Source: Verrucomicrobiota bacterium
GTDB lineage: Bacteria > Verrucomicrobiota > Kiritimatiellia > CAIVKH01
Assembly (NCBI GenBank): GCA_024233345.1
Contig: JACKPT010000005.1
Location: forward strand, 105,072-169,071
Direction of reading: 5' to 3'
DNA length: 64,000 bases
The position numbers were made by a program, and so were the translations under genes. Below, piece by piece: positions 20,335-30,170 of this stretch. The notes beneath the pieces were generated by a model. It was given only the letters and a program-made list of their open reading frames with translations. It did not search any database and had not been told where the DNA came from. The first letter of the stretch is position 1. The number at the start of each line of letters is the position of its first letter.

Positions 20335-20955
20335 ATGAATAAAGCCTCGCCAGAGCCGTCCAACTCCGAGGATGGATACGTGGATTGGACAGAACTTGAA
20401 ACCTGGGTGGAGCAGGCCCGCTCCGGCGATGAAGAAGCGTTTGGCCGGGTGGTTCAGGCCCTCCATGGCCGGGTGTATGCCGTGGCCTATCGGTACATGG
20501 GAAATGCCGATGACGCACGGGAGGTGACACAGATGACCTGGGTCAAGGCATGGCAGAAACTGGGTACCTACCGACAGCAGGCCAGGTTCTACACATGGAT
20601 CTATCGGATTGCCGCCAATGCCGCCATGGATCATTTGCGCAAAGCCGGCCGACGCCGGGAGTCGGAGTACCTTGATGCGTTGGACCACTCGAATCCCCCT
20701 GAAGTGGCGGCGTCTTTGCGGGCAAACCAGGACCGCCCGGACCAGTTGCTGATGCGCAAGGAAAGACTGGAAGCCTTTGAATCCGCCCTTGGCAAACTCA
20801 AGGAGGAACACCGGATGATCCTGGTGCTGCGGGAATTGGAGGGGATGTCCTATCAGGAAATTGCCGAGGTCATGAAGTGCCGCGCCGGGACCGTAATGTC
20901 CCGTCTGTTTTACGCACGGAAGGCCATCCAGAAAGAGCTGAAGGAGCTGTTGTGA
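20335..20955 (+). CDS. ECF (sigma-70 family) RNA polymerase sigma factor
   Basis: Region 2 (YRYMGNADDAREVTQMTWVKAWQKL) and region 4 (LRELEGMSYQEIAEVMKCRAGTVMSRL). Confidence 0.85.
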   Translation: MNKASPEPSNSEDGYVDWTELETWVEQARSGDEEAFGRVVQALHGRVYAVAYRYMGNADDAREVTQMTWVKAWQKLGTYRQQARFYTWIYRIAANAAMDHLRKAGRRRESEYLDALDHSNPPEVAASLRANQDRPDQLLMRKERLEAFESALGKLKEEHRMILVLRELEGMSYQEIAEVMKCRAGTVMSRLFYARKAIQKELKELL

Positions 20956-20966
20956 ATACAAAAGCC

Positions 20967-21473
20967 ATGGACAAGCTGCTGAGCGGGGCGTTGGACGGGG
21001 AATTGACCCCCGGGCAGCGGGCTCAGGTTGAACAGTGGTTGGCGAACCATCCGGACGCGGTGGCTCAGCAGGAACAGTGGGCGAGGGTGGGGGACCTTCT
21101 CCGCGAACCGCTGAACCCTCCGGATCCCGAGATGGAATGGCAGGCCATCCGTCGCACCATTCGCAGCCAGGCCCCGGCGGCCGATGCCGTCGCGGCCGAA
21201 ACCCCGGTTTTCTCATGGCGCATGGCCTGGGCGGCTGCTATGCTTGGTTTGGTCAGCTTGGGACTCTATCTGATCGCGGGATTCCAGCTCCATCAGGGAA
21301 CCCTGATGGCCCATGGCCAATCAGGAGCGCCTGCGGAGGTGGAATGGGCGGAATCCGGGGTTCCCGGAGCCACCATGATGATTTTTGCGGATCAGGAAAC
21401 CGGTATGACGGTGATTTGGATGGACGTGGAACAAAACGGAAACAACGATACCAAGGAGCTCGAGGGGTCATGA
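20967..21473 (+). CDS. Anti-sigma factor (single TM helix)
   Basis: Translationally coupled to the sigma gene (a GTG at 20952 overlaps the sigma stop; ATG at 20967). It has LLSGALDGELTP...WLANHPD, then one TM helix. Confidence 0.6.
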   Translation: MDKLLSGALDGELTPGQRAQVEQWLANHPDAVAQQEQWARVGDLLREPLNPPDPEMEWQAIRRTIRSQAPAADAVAAETPVFSWRMAWAAAMLGLVSLGLYLIAGFQLHQGTLMAHGQSGAPAEVEWAESGVPGATMMIFADQETGMTVIWMDVEQNGNNDTKELEGS

Positions 21474-21880
21474 AAACGAAATGGCTCGCCGGATGCCTGT
21501 GGTTGCTGTTGGCGATTGCGGCTCCTGCCGCAGATCAAATTCATGCCCTGATGATCGAGGCCTCGAACGAACCCGCAGTCATTGACCGTCGACTGGAAAA
21601 GGTCGAATACAAACTTCGCCGGGTCTTTGGATTTCCCTATTATCACTTCGTTGCCGAACAGACGGTTATGGCTCCCGCCGATGGACAGGTCACCGTGCCA
21701 CTGGCCAATGGTCACCGACTCATCCTCTCTGGTAAGGGATTGAGGGTCACGGTGCAATGGTTCAAGAACGACGAAATCCTTCTGACCACCAAGGTCAGCC
21801 TCAACAAGGGTTCGCCGGTAGTGCTCGGTGGCGTACCCCACGGCGATGGCACCCTGATCGTGGCCCTGACTGCTCAGTAG
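21470..21880 (+). CDS. Small secreted hypothetical protein (signal peptide MKTKWLAGCLWLLLAIAAPAA)
   Basis: ATGA overlap with the anti-sigma stop. Third gene of the sigma operon. Confidence 0.5.
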   Translation: MKTKWLAGCLWLLLAIAAPAADQIHALMIEASNEPAVIDRRLEKVEYKLRRVFGFPYYHFVAEQTVMAPADGQVTVPLANGHRLILSGKGLRVTVQWFKNDEILLTTKVSLNKGSPVVLGGVPHGDGTLIVALTAQ

Positions 21881-21897
21881 GAAACCGTTAGATTGGG

Positions 21898-22545
21898 TCA
21901 GTTCCGGGCGACCGCGCGGACCCGCATAAATTTTACAGCATCCCCACTCTGTTCGACCGACACCTCCGCCTCATCCCGGGTGACGCCCGCGACTTCCACG
22001 CCGGTGGTATCCTCGGTGAAATCGGAGACATCCACCGCAGATTCAATGGTGGTGATACGCGGCCGGGGTGAACCGTATTTGGCTCCCGCAAGCAGCTGCC
22101 CCCCCTGGGTCCCCACGCTCTGCAGTTCCACCGGAATCTCCTGGGCATATAGATCCGCTTCGTCGATCAACAAGCCGAAATAGCGGCAGATAAAGTAGGT
22201 TGCGTTCTGAGGAACCTCCAACGTCTCACCGGCTTTTAGGCGGAACGGCTGAGGCATCCAGACAAAACTTCCGAGCGCATAGGTATCGGAGATCTTGATG
22301 GTCAGGAAACTACCGGCGGTAATGTTGTCTGCATCAATTGACACACGAATCTGAGTCTCCGTAGGCGTACCTGCGTTGTGCGCGAGAACAACACCTTCGA
22401 TAATGTAGACTTTGCCGGCAGGGATTGTGTACGAAGAGGGTGTTGATCCGGAGGAGGACGCTAAAAAAACATTAAACGGCACCACTTCGGCCCTGGCTCC
22501 GAGCGTGGCGAGCATAAGAACTCCTGAGATGATCATCCTGCGCAT
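21898..22545 (-). CDS. Secreted hypothetical protein
   Basis: AAGGAGGAATAC Shine-Dalgarno then ATG at 22545. Signal peptide MRRMIISGVLMLATLGARA. Confidence 0.55.
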   Translation of the reverse strand: MRRMIISGVLMLATLGARAEVVPFNVFLASSSGSTPSSYTIPAGKVYIIEGVVLAHNAGTPTETQIRVSIDADNITAGSFLTIKISDTYALGSFVWMPQPFRLKAGETLEVPQNATYFICRYFGLLIDEADLYAQEIPVELQSVGTQGGQLLAGAKYGSPRPRITTIESAVDVSDFTEDTTGVEVAGVTRDEAEVSVEQSGDAVKFMRVRAVARN

Positions 22546-22718
22546 GTATTCCTCCTTGTTTTTGCGGGCAGTAGATGAAGTGCCCGGTGACCTGCCTTGA
22601 GAATAAGGTATGAAGTACCCCAAATCCATCGATTCTGCAAGTGACAGCAAGTTTTTGGTGAATATCCGCGCGGCCTGTTCGTCCTACTCACAGAATGAAT
22701 CCACAGAGGAGACAGGAC

Positions 22719-23120
22719 ATGAAAACAAAATGGAGTATCCTATTCGGAAGTTTGTTGGCAGTGGGGCTGATCGCCCCGAAACCTGCGCAAGCGATCAATA
22801 AAGAATGGTCGGCGGCGGCTGGCTTTGTTGGCGGTATGCTGTTCAACCAGGCGATCCAATGTGATCGCACCGTTGTCACGCATCAGCAGTCGGTGGTGGA
22901 ATACCGCCCCCAGCGCCGGGTCTATATCGAGGAGCCAGAACCCTGTGGTTACTGGGAAGTGCGCAGGGAAAAGGTCTGGGTACCGGGTTGCTGGGAATAT
23001 ATCGATCTCGGTTGCAACCGCTACCGCAAGGAATGGTCAGAGGGATACTATCGTTGGGATACCCGGCGGGTCTGGGTCGATGAAGGCCCGCGGCATTCCC
23101 GCCGATATGTGCGCAGATAG
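22719..23120 (+). CDS. Small secreted hypothetical protein (W/R/Y-rich)
   Basis: AGAGGAGACAGG Shine-Dalgarno then ATG. Signal peptide MKTKWSILFGSLLAVGLIAPKPAQA. Confidence 0.5.
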   Translation: MKTKWSILFGSLLAVGLIAPKPAQAINKEWSAAAGFVGGMLFNQAIQCDRTVVTHQQSVVEYRPQRRVYIEEPEPCGYWEVRREKVWVPGCWEYIDLGCNRYRKEWSEGYYRWDTRRVWVDEGPRHSRRYVRR

Positions 23121-23210
23121 GAGGAACGTTACAGTGGGTCTCGGCGATCGCGACACCGGGACCGTTTTCTCTTGCCGTGACCGGTGATAACCCGCGATAA
23201 CCGAGCCACG

Positions 23211-24473
23211 ATGAATGGATATTTGCTTTTAATTATTGTGGTTCTGGTCGGTGACGCTGCTTTGCACTGGGTTGTGGACCGTCTGAACCTGAAACACCTC
23301 TCCGCGACCCTGCCGGAGGCGTTTCGTGGCTGGTATGATGAGGCCAAGTATGCCGAATCCCAGCGCTATCTTAGGGCAAGCACTTCCTTTGAAACCATAC
23401 AATCCCTCTTCTCGCTGGTGGTAACGCTTCTGTTCCTGCTTGCTGGTGGCTTTGGCTGGCTGCAGGGGCTCGCTGCTTCCGCAGGTTACGGCATGATTCT
23501 GACCGGGGTGATGTATATGGCGATCCTGATGCTCGGGCTAGCCCTGATCGGTCTGCCCTTCAGTGTCTATGACACCTTTGTGCTCGAGGATAAGTTTGGA
23601 TTCAACAAGACCACCCCCGGAACCTTTGCTGCCGATCAGGTGAAGTCACTCATCCTCTCCATGGCGATCGGGCTACCTCTATTGGCCGGACTTCTGTGGT
23701 TTTTCTCCACCTTTCCGCAGTGGGGATGGTTGATTACCCTCGGGGTCTTCCTCTTGGTGCAGTTTTTCCTGATGCTCATCGCCCCGTCGGTCTTGCTTCC
23801 TCTGTTCAATAAGTTCACCCCTCTGGCCGATGGAGAATTGAAAACTGCGATCGAGGCTTATGCCAGGCAGCAGAATTACAAGCTCTCGGGAATCTTCGCA
23901 ATCGATGGTTCCCGCCGCTCGACGAAATCCAATGCCTACGTGACCGGATTCGGATCGCTCAAACGGATTGCCCTGTTCGATACCTTGATCGAGAAGCATA
24001 CCACGGACGAGCTGGTCTCAGTGCTGGCCCATGAAGTCGGTCATGCCAAGCTGGGGCATATTCGAAAGATGCTCTTTGCCTCCGCTCTGTCGAGCGCGGT
24101 GATGTTTTTTCTTCTCTCTCTGTTCCTTCAGAAACCCGGTCTTTATCAGGCAATGGGGATCGACTGGCAGGGGGAGGGGGATGCGCCACTGTATGTCGGG
24201 CTCATCGGCTTTTTCATGATCATGTCCCCGTTGCAACGGCTGATGGGCATTGGGATCAGCGCCCTTTCCCGCAAGCATGAGTATGAGGCGGATGCGTTCG
24301 CCATCCGGTCCACCGGAAGCGCAGGCCCCCTGATGTCGGCGTTGAAGAAGTTGAGCGTGGACAACCTGTCCAACCTTACCCCGCATCCGGCCAAGGTGTG
24401 GCTGGAGTACAGCCACCCCCCAATGCCGGACCGTCTGGCCGCGATGGAAAAGGTCGGCGCCAACCTCGGGTAA
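23211..24473 (+). CDS. M48A-family (Ste24/HtpX-like) zinc metalloprotease
   Basis: Multi-TM N-terminus and an HEVGHAKLGH HExxH motif. Possible earlier start at 23184. Confidence 0.8.
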   Translation: MNGYLLLIIVVLVGDAALHWVVDRLNLKHLSATLPEAFRGWYDEAKYAESQRYLRASTSFETIQSLFSLVVTLLFLLAGGFGWLQGLAASAGYGMILTGVMYMAILMLGLALIGLPFSVYDTFVLEDKFGFNKTTPGTFAADQVKSLILSMAIGLPLLAGLLWFFSTFPQWGWLITLGVFLLVQFFLMLIAPSVLLPLFNKFTPLADGELKTAIEAYARQQNYKLSGIFAIDGSRRSTKSNAYVTGFGSLKRIALFDTLIEKHTTDELVSVLAHEVGHAKLGHIRKMLFASALSSAVMFFLLSLFLQKPGLYQAMGIDWQGEGDAPLYVGLIGFFMIMSPLQRLMGIGISALSRKHEYEADAFAIRSTGSAGPLMSALKKLSVDNLSNLTPHPAKVWLEYSHPPMPDRLAAMEKVGANLG

Positions 24474-24484
24474 GGTTCCGGCAC

Positions 24485-25573
24485 ATGCTCCTCCGGTTCC
24501 TGATGATGTTGAGCTGGCTGGCTGCAACAGCTCTTGCCGTTCTGGCCCAACCGGAGGAGGGCGGATTCTCCCTCGAGCAGACCGGGGATGCCGTTGCGCT
24601 CGATGCCCGGGGCGCCCCGCTGTTTGAGATCCTCGATGGGCTGGAACACCTGTATGATTTCCGCCTGAACCGCGGGACTCTGAGCAACCGGATGATTCGG
24701 GCCACCTTCCGCCCCCTGCCGGTCGATGAGTTGCTGGCCCGGCTCGAGATCAGCTATGTCCTGTATTTTTCCACCGCAGAAACCCCGGTCCCGGAAGATG
24801 GGTATCTGTTCACCTCCGACCTCGCCCGCGCCATCTTCGAGCAGTTCCCCGAATCGGTGCGGACCCTGATCCGCAACCTGTATGATGATGACATTTCCCT
24901 CAATGCCAGTCGAAGCCTCTGGGCGTTGGAGGGCCAGGTGGCCGAGGTACTGCCATTGCTCGAACAGACCCTGCAAGCCAACGATTACCAAGCCCGCCAA
25001 CTCGCGCTTTTCCTCATGCAGAGCGGAACCACCAACAGCTTTACCTCACCCCGGTTTCTGGACGTGGCCATCGAAGCGCTCGCGGATGATGCTTTTGTGA
25101 TGCTGCCTTCCGACAATCAGGTGAGACATGTCTTTGTCCGGAATGCCCAGGCCTCCTACCACTACTTGGTCAAACATCCCGAGGTGCTCAACGCAGCAGA
25201 ATCCCGGCTGGTGCAGGGGATGTACAGCGCGGACGGTCAGTTGCGCCTCCTCTCTGCGGCCCTGCTGGGGGGAGCCCAAAAAACCGCCCATCTGCCGAGG
25301 ATTATCCAAGTCATGAAACCTCATCTTGCCGATAACCAATTGGATTGCGATGCGAGGCTGGTCAGAAATGTGCTGGAAGTCATCGGCGAGCCATCGATTC
25401 CCTACCTGGAAGCCATCCGCAAGAATCCGGTCGACAATCAGCAGGCCGAACAGGCCGGGCTTATCCTCGAGAGAATCCGGACTGCGGGCGACTACCGGGA
25501 AACCCATAATCCGTACCCAATGATGAACGGATGGTATCCGGAATCCTTCCCCCGCCTGGAAGATCTTCAGTGA
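24485..25573 (+). CDS. Secreted hypothetical protein (alpha-helical, HEAT-like)
   Basis: Signal peptide MLLRFLMMLSWLAATALAVLAQ. The ORF track starts at 24398, and the antisense ORF there is spurious. Confidence 0.5.
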   Translation: MLLRFLMMLSWLAATALAVLAQPEEGGFSLEQTGDAVALDARGAPLFEILDGLEHLYDFRLNRGTLSNRMIRATFRPLPVDELLARLEISYVLYFSTAETPVPEDGYLFTSDLARAIFEQFPESVRTLIRNLYDDDISLNASRSLWALEGQVAEVLPLLEQTLQANDYQARQLALFLMQSGTTNSFTSPRFLDVAIEALADDAFVMLPSDNQVRHVFVRNAQASYHYLVKHPEVLNAAESRLVQGMYSADGQLRLLSAALLGGAQKTAHLPRIIQVMKPHLADNQLDCDARLVRNVLEVIGEPSIPYLEAIRKNPVDNQQAEQAGLILERIRTAGDYRETHNPYPMMNGWYPESFPRLEDLQ

Positions 25574-25639
25574 GCCCTTCTTTACCTTCTTGGCACCGGG
25601 GACAAAACCGATTACCATCTCCCAGCCACGACGTACACC

Positions 25640-26200
25640 ATGCAAAAGTATGATCCAATTGAAGGAGGGCTCGCCGGCGCGATTCTTGCCTCGCGCCCCC
25701 AGTTGCCCGACCCGAATTTTTCCGAAGCACTGGTATATCTTGTTGAACAGGATAAGGTTGGCGCGTTTGGCCTGGTGATGAACCGGCCCCTGGGTAAAAC
25801 CTTGTCGGATGTGGTGGCAGGAACTGTGGGCGAGGGTTCCCTGTCCGGGACCAAGGTTTATGTGGGAGGGCCGGTGCAAACCCAACAGCTCCTGCTCGCG
25901 CATTTTGACCAGGACGAGGAAACCCGGCAGATCATCTGCCGGGTTGGACTCAGCGAGGAACAGGCCGAGGCGTATGTGGCTAATCAACAGGGATGGCTGC
26001 GGGCTTTCCTCGGCTATTCCGGATGGGGAGAGGGTCAGTTGGAGCGGGAAATCGACGAGGGAACGTGGCGGATTCTGCGTCCCGACGCTTCTCTGTTCCG
26101 GACTGACTTTGAACTGGGTATCTGGGCGTCGTACGTGGGGGCCGATCAGCGCTGGCGGTCCCTGGTCCGGCACATCCCTGAACACCCGTGGATGAATTGA
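25640..26200 (+). CDS. YqgE/AlgH family protein (UPF0301)
   Basis: ILASRPQLPDPNFSEALVYLVEQDKVGAFGLVMNRP, a typical YqgE N-terminus. Confidence 0.75.
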   Translation: MQKYDPIEGGLAGAILASRPQLPDPNFSEALVYLVEQDKVGAFGLVMNRPLGKTLSDVVAGTVGEGSLSGTKVYVGGPVQTQQLLLAHFDQDEETRQIICRVGLSEEQAEAYVANQQGWLRAFLGYSGWGEGQLEREIDEGTWRILRPDASLFRTDFELGIWASYVGADQRWRSLVRHIPEHPWMN

Positions 26201-26207
26201 GGAAACC

Positions 26208-26663
26208 ATGAAGATCCATGACGAAAAAACGAACCAGTGGGAATGGAAGGCCCTCGGTGCCCCAGCCCCGGTCAAGAAGGCGATGGCGATTCAGACCAAG
26301 GCCCTGATTCAGGCCCCGGCAATGCTGGGCATTGCCGCACTCATGTACTTCGGCTTTGACCACGTGGTGGTGCCGTCGATCGTGGCGGTTCTCTCGGTGC
26401 TGGTTCTGGCCGGAGGGTTATTCTATCACCCGTTGTTCCATGCCGTCGAAAGAGGTGGGCGCTGGTTCGGTCACATGGTGATCGTGACGGTGAACTGGAT
26501 CCTGCTCGCCCCATTCTACTTTCTGGTCTTCGGGTTCGGGCGGTTGGTCCTGCGGTTGCAGGGCATCGATCCGATGGATCGCGCCTATCCCGCCGCGGCG
26601 GAAACCTGCTGGCTGCCACGGAAGAAAATTGAAAGCCTCGATCAATACAGGAAGCAGCATTAA
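26208..26663 (+). CDS. Small integral membrane protein, SxtJ-like (often found beside carbamoyltransferases)
   Basis: 151 aa with 3-4 predicted TM helices. It sits 3 bp upstream of the carbamoyltransferase gene. Confidence 0.45.
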   Translation: MKIHDEKTNQWEWKALGAPAPVKKAMAIQTKALIQAPAMLGIAALMYFGFDHVVVPSIVAVLSVLVLAGGLFYHPLFHAVERGGRWFGHMVIVTVNWILLAPFYFLVFGFGRLVLRLQGIDPMDRAYPAAAETCWLPRKKIESLDQYRKQH

Positions 26664-26665
26664 TC

Positions 26666-28495
26666 ATGAATATTCTCGGCATCAGCGCATTTTATCATGA
26701 CTCCGCCGCCTGCCTGCTCAAGGATGGACGGATCGTCGCCGCCGCTCAAGAGGAGCGATTCACCCGCAAGAAGCATGACGAGCGCTTCCCCATGCACGCA
26801 GTGCGGTACTGCCTCCACGAGGCCGGTCTCCGGGGCGACCAGCTTGATGCGGTGGCTTTTTACGACAAGCCGATCGAAAAATTTGTTCGCATCCTCAAGA
26901 CCTATTTCAGTGTCGCGCCTCAGGGACTGCAATCGTTCATGATGGCGATGCCGGTCTGGATGCGGGAGAAGCTGTGGATTCCTCTGGAAATCGAAACCGC
27001 TCTCGACGCCTGTGGCATCAAGATGCCGCAAGATGCCCTGTATTTTCCGGAGCATCACGAATCCCACGCCGCGAGCGCTTTCTATCCGAGTCCGTTCGAT
27101 TCGGCTGCGGTGCTCACGGTGGACGGGGTGGGGGAATGGTCCACCACCGCGATCGGTCACGGCCGGGGCCATGAGCTGGATATCCTTTTTGACATTCATT
27201 TCCCGCACTCGCTCGGGTTGTTGTATTCCGCCTTTACCTACTTCACCGGATTCAAGGTCAACAGCGGGGAGTACAAGCTCATGGGGCTCGCACCATATGG
27301 CCAGCCGACCTATGTCCGCGAGATCTACGACCACCTCATCGATGTGAAGGCGGATGGGTCCTTCAAGCTGAACATGGAGCTGTTTGGTTATCTCGACGGA
27401 CTGACCATGACCAATGACAAGTTCAGTGAAGCCTTCGGGGGCCCCCCGCGCAAGGCGGAGTCGGAAATTTCGCAGCGGGAGATGGATCTTGCGCGCTCTG
27501 TACAGGTGGTCACCGAGGAGGTCATCCTGAAGATGGCAAACCATGTGCAGGCTTTGACCGGGGAGAAAAACCTGGTCATGGCGGGCGGGGTGGCCCTCAA
27601 CTGCGTCGCCAATGGCCGACTGCTGCGCGAAGGACCTTTTGACAACATCTGGATTCAACCCGCGGCGGGAGATGCGGGGGGCGCCCTCGGGGCGGCCCAA
27701 CTGGTCTGGCACAAGGTTCACCAGAAACCCCGCACAGTGGTGCCGTCAAAAGACGCCATGCAGGGATCCTTCCTGGGCCCGAATTTTGATGCGGAAGTGG
27801 AAGCCTATCTGGAGGCGCGGGGTTATCCCTATCGCAAGCTGAGTGAAGCGGAGTGGGCGCCTGAGGTGGCCCGGCTGGTTGCCTCGGAGAATGTCATCGG
27901 CCTCTGCCAGGGCCGGATGGAATTCGGTCCCCGCGCCCTCGGCGGCCGCTCCATTATCGGTGACGCTCGCTCCGAGAAAATGCAATCGGTCATGAATCTC
28001 AAGATCAAATACCGGGAATCCTTCCGGCCATTTGCCCCGACCTGCCTCGAGGAGGATGTCAGTGAGTATTTTGAACTCGAAAGCGAATCGCCTTATATGT
28101 TGCTGGTAGCCCAGGTTCGGGCTGACCGGTGCATTGGCCAGGCCGAGGCGGCTTCCCTCCCGATGCGGGAACGAATCAACCAGAAACGGTCGGACATTCC
28201 CGCGATCACCCATGTCGACTATTCCGCCCGGGTTCAGACCGTGAACCGGGAGAGGAATCCCCGCTATTATGACCTGATCAAGGCCTTCAAGGACCAGACC
28301 GGGTATGGGGTGATTATCAATACTTCCTTCAATGTGCGGGGTGAACCGATTGTCTGTACCCCCGAGGATGCCTACCGATGCTTCATGCGAACGGAAATGG
28401 ATTACCTCGTCCTCGGTGACTGTCTTCTGTCCAAAACCGACCAGCCTGAATGGCAGGAAAAAGGGGACTGGCGCGAAGACTTTGTCCTGGATTAA
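26666..28495 (+). CDS. Carbamoyltransferase (NodU/CmcH family)
   Basis: MNILGISAFYHDSAACLLKDGRIVAAAQEERFTRKKHD. 609 aa. Confidence 0.9.
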   Translation: MNILGISAFYHDSAACLLKDGRIVAAAQEERFTRKKHDERFPMHAVRYCLHEAGLRGDQLDAVAFYDKPIEKFVRILKTYFSVAPQGLQSFMMAMPVWMREKLWIPLEIETALDACGIKMPQDALYFPEHHESHAASAFYPSPFDSAAVLTVDGVGEWSTTAIGHGRGHELDILFDIHFPHSLGLLYSAFTYFTGFKVNSGEYKLMGLAPYGQPTYVREIYDHLIDVKADGSFKLNMELFGYLDGLTMTNDKFSEAFGGPPRKAESEISQREMDLARSVQVVTEEVILKMANHVQALTGEKNLVMAGGVALNCVANGRLLREGPFDNIWIQPAAGDAGGALGAAQLVWHKVHQKPRTVVPSKDAMQGSFLGPNFDAEVEAYLEARGYPYRKLSEAEWAPEVARLVASENVIGLCQGRMEFGPRALGGRSIIGDARSEKMQSVMNLKIKYRESFRPFAPTCLEEDVSEYFELESESPYMLLVAQVRADRCIGQAEAASLPMRERINQKRSDIPAITHVDYSARVQTVNRERNPRYYDLIKAFKDQTGYGVIINTSFNVRGEPIVCTPEDAYRCFMRTEMDYLVLGDCLLSKTDQPEWQEKGDWREDFVLD

Positions 28496-28563
28496 GGTTT
28501 CCCAGATCGGGCAGACAGGCACCAGGCCACCCGAAACCTGAAACCAGACACCCGAAACCTGCC

Positions 28564-29144
28564 TTACTCCCCGTCCGAGCCGCCGCCCTCCCGGACCCCC
28601 TTGAACTGCCCCGCCTTGTCGGCAAACAGCACATTAAACGAGGTCAGGCTTCCGTAACTGCGGGTGATGTAGCCTTCCAACTCCAGCTTCTCTTCGCTGG
28701 AAAGTGAGGGATGGTTGTTGATTTTCTGTTCCAGAACCCGAAGCTTCTCCCGGATACCGATGATTTTCTTGAAGAACATCTCAATGGGTAAGCTCTTGCC
28801 GGCAACCCCGTCTTTTCCCGGAATCAATTCCATGGTGCCCCCGGTCCATCGGGGGGATAACTCAAGCTGCATATCCACCCATCCATAGTCGCCAAGCACC
28901 TCCGCCACCGCCTGTTTGATCCGGTCGATGGACTCATTACCGGCCATTTCAACTGGTTTGAGTCCTTGAAAGGAAGCGGAAACCTGTTTGGATTCTCCTC
29001 CCTTGAAGGCGATCACATAGCCGTTCGATGTGTAGCCGGTGATCCGTCCGGTTCCAAAGCTGGGGTGATCCACGAGACTGCCCATGCCATAAGTCGGCAC
29101 GGCTGATACTGATTCTGGCTGCTGTTCATTCATGATCATCTTCC
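28564..29144 (-). CDS. Hypothetical protein
   Basis: GGAGGAAG Shine-Dalgarno then ATGATCATG. No recognisable motif. Confidence 0.45.
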
Positions 29145-29213
29145 TCCAGACCTTGGTAATGAGGGTTGCCACCGAGGCCATTCAGCGACTAGAATAACGG
29201 CTTTCTACAGGAT

Positions 29214-30170
29214 ATGACAACGGATTACGAAAATCAGCATCGATTTGATGACACCATTTCGGTCGTAATCCCCGTACTCAATGCCGGGAAGTATCTACCG
29301 ACCCTGCTCCCGGCAATCTTCTCGCAGCGACCGGTGGCCCCCGGCGAGGTCATCCTGGTGGATTCCGCCTCCACCGACAATACACGTGAGGTGGCGGCAA
29401 CGTTTGATCGCGTGCGGGTGATTCCCGCCGGTGCCTTCTCCCATGGCCGCGCTCGCAACCTGGGCGTGCGCGAAGCCAAAGGCACCTTTGTGATCCTCAT
29501 GACGCAAGATGCCCTTCCGGTGGGCGATGATTGGCTGCGCCCCCTGCTGGCTTCATTTGAAGACCCCCAAGTTGCTGCAGTGTATTCCCGGCAGGTGCCC
29601 TATGAAAACGCTACCCCGATGGAGCGGTTCTTCCTGTCGGTTCATTTCCCCGATGGAAATCTGACCTTACAAAGAAAAAAGGAGGGTCGCGATATCCAGT
29701 TTACCGATGCCTTTTTCTCAAATGTCAGCGCCGCCTATCGGAGGGCGACTCTCCTTGCGTGTCCATTTGATGAGACGTTAATTATGAGTGAAGATCAGCA
29801 AGTATCACGAGATCTATTGAATCATGGATACCTTGTTGGATACCAGCCCGCCTCTGTTGTGCTTCATTCCCATCGATATTCATTGAGGTCGATCTTTTGC
29901 CGCTATTTTGACAGTGTCTATTCCATCATGCAGATTTTTCCTGATCATGGCATTAAGGAAAGTTCCTCGATTGGGTTGAGCTACCTCTGGCGGGAAGCTT
30001 GGCACATTTTAACCAAGCATCCGCTATGGATTCCGTATTATATCGGCTATGTATTTTCCCGTTCTACCGGGACGATGGCGGGCCACTGCGCTGATCATTT
30101 ACCCAGGTCGCTTTTGCGGAAGATCAGCATGCATGCCTACCACTGGTCGGACAAAGGAACCGCGTCATGA
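29214..30170 (+). CDS. GT2-family glycosyltransferase
   Basis: ISVVIPVLNAGKYL...ILVDSASTDNT...MTQDA. Confidence 0.8.
   Translation: MTTDYENQHRFDDTISVVIPVLNAGKYLPTLLPAIFSQRPVAPGEVILVDSASTDNTREVAATFDRVRVIPAGAFSHGRARNLGVREAKGTFVILMTQDALPVGDDWLRPLLASFEDPQVAAVYSRQVPYENATPMERFFLSVHFPDGNLTLQRKKEGRDIQFTDAFFSNVSAAYRRATLLACPFDETLIMSEDQQVSRDLLNHGYLVGYQPASVVLHSHRYSLRSIFCRYFDSVYSIMQIFPDHGIKESSSIGLSYLWREAWHILTKHPLWIPYYIGYVFSRSTGTMAGHCADHLPRSLLRKISMHAYHWSDKGTAS

Noticed and set aside
20281-21216. 311-aa minus-strand ORF
   Set aside because: Antisense to the ECF sigma and anti-sigma genes, whose sigma regions 2 and 4 are unmistakable on the plus strand.
25046-26275. 409-aa minus-strand ORF
   Set aside because: It lies antisense to two plus-strand genes with clear family signatures (the secreted HEAT-like protein and YqgE/AlgH). 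Its translation is low-complexity R/P/G-rich with no motif. Typical high-GC antisense artefact.
26660-28522. 353-aa and 258-aa minus-strand ORFs
   Set aside because: Antisense to the unambiguous carbamoyltransferase gene. No Shine-Dalgarno and compositionally biased.
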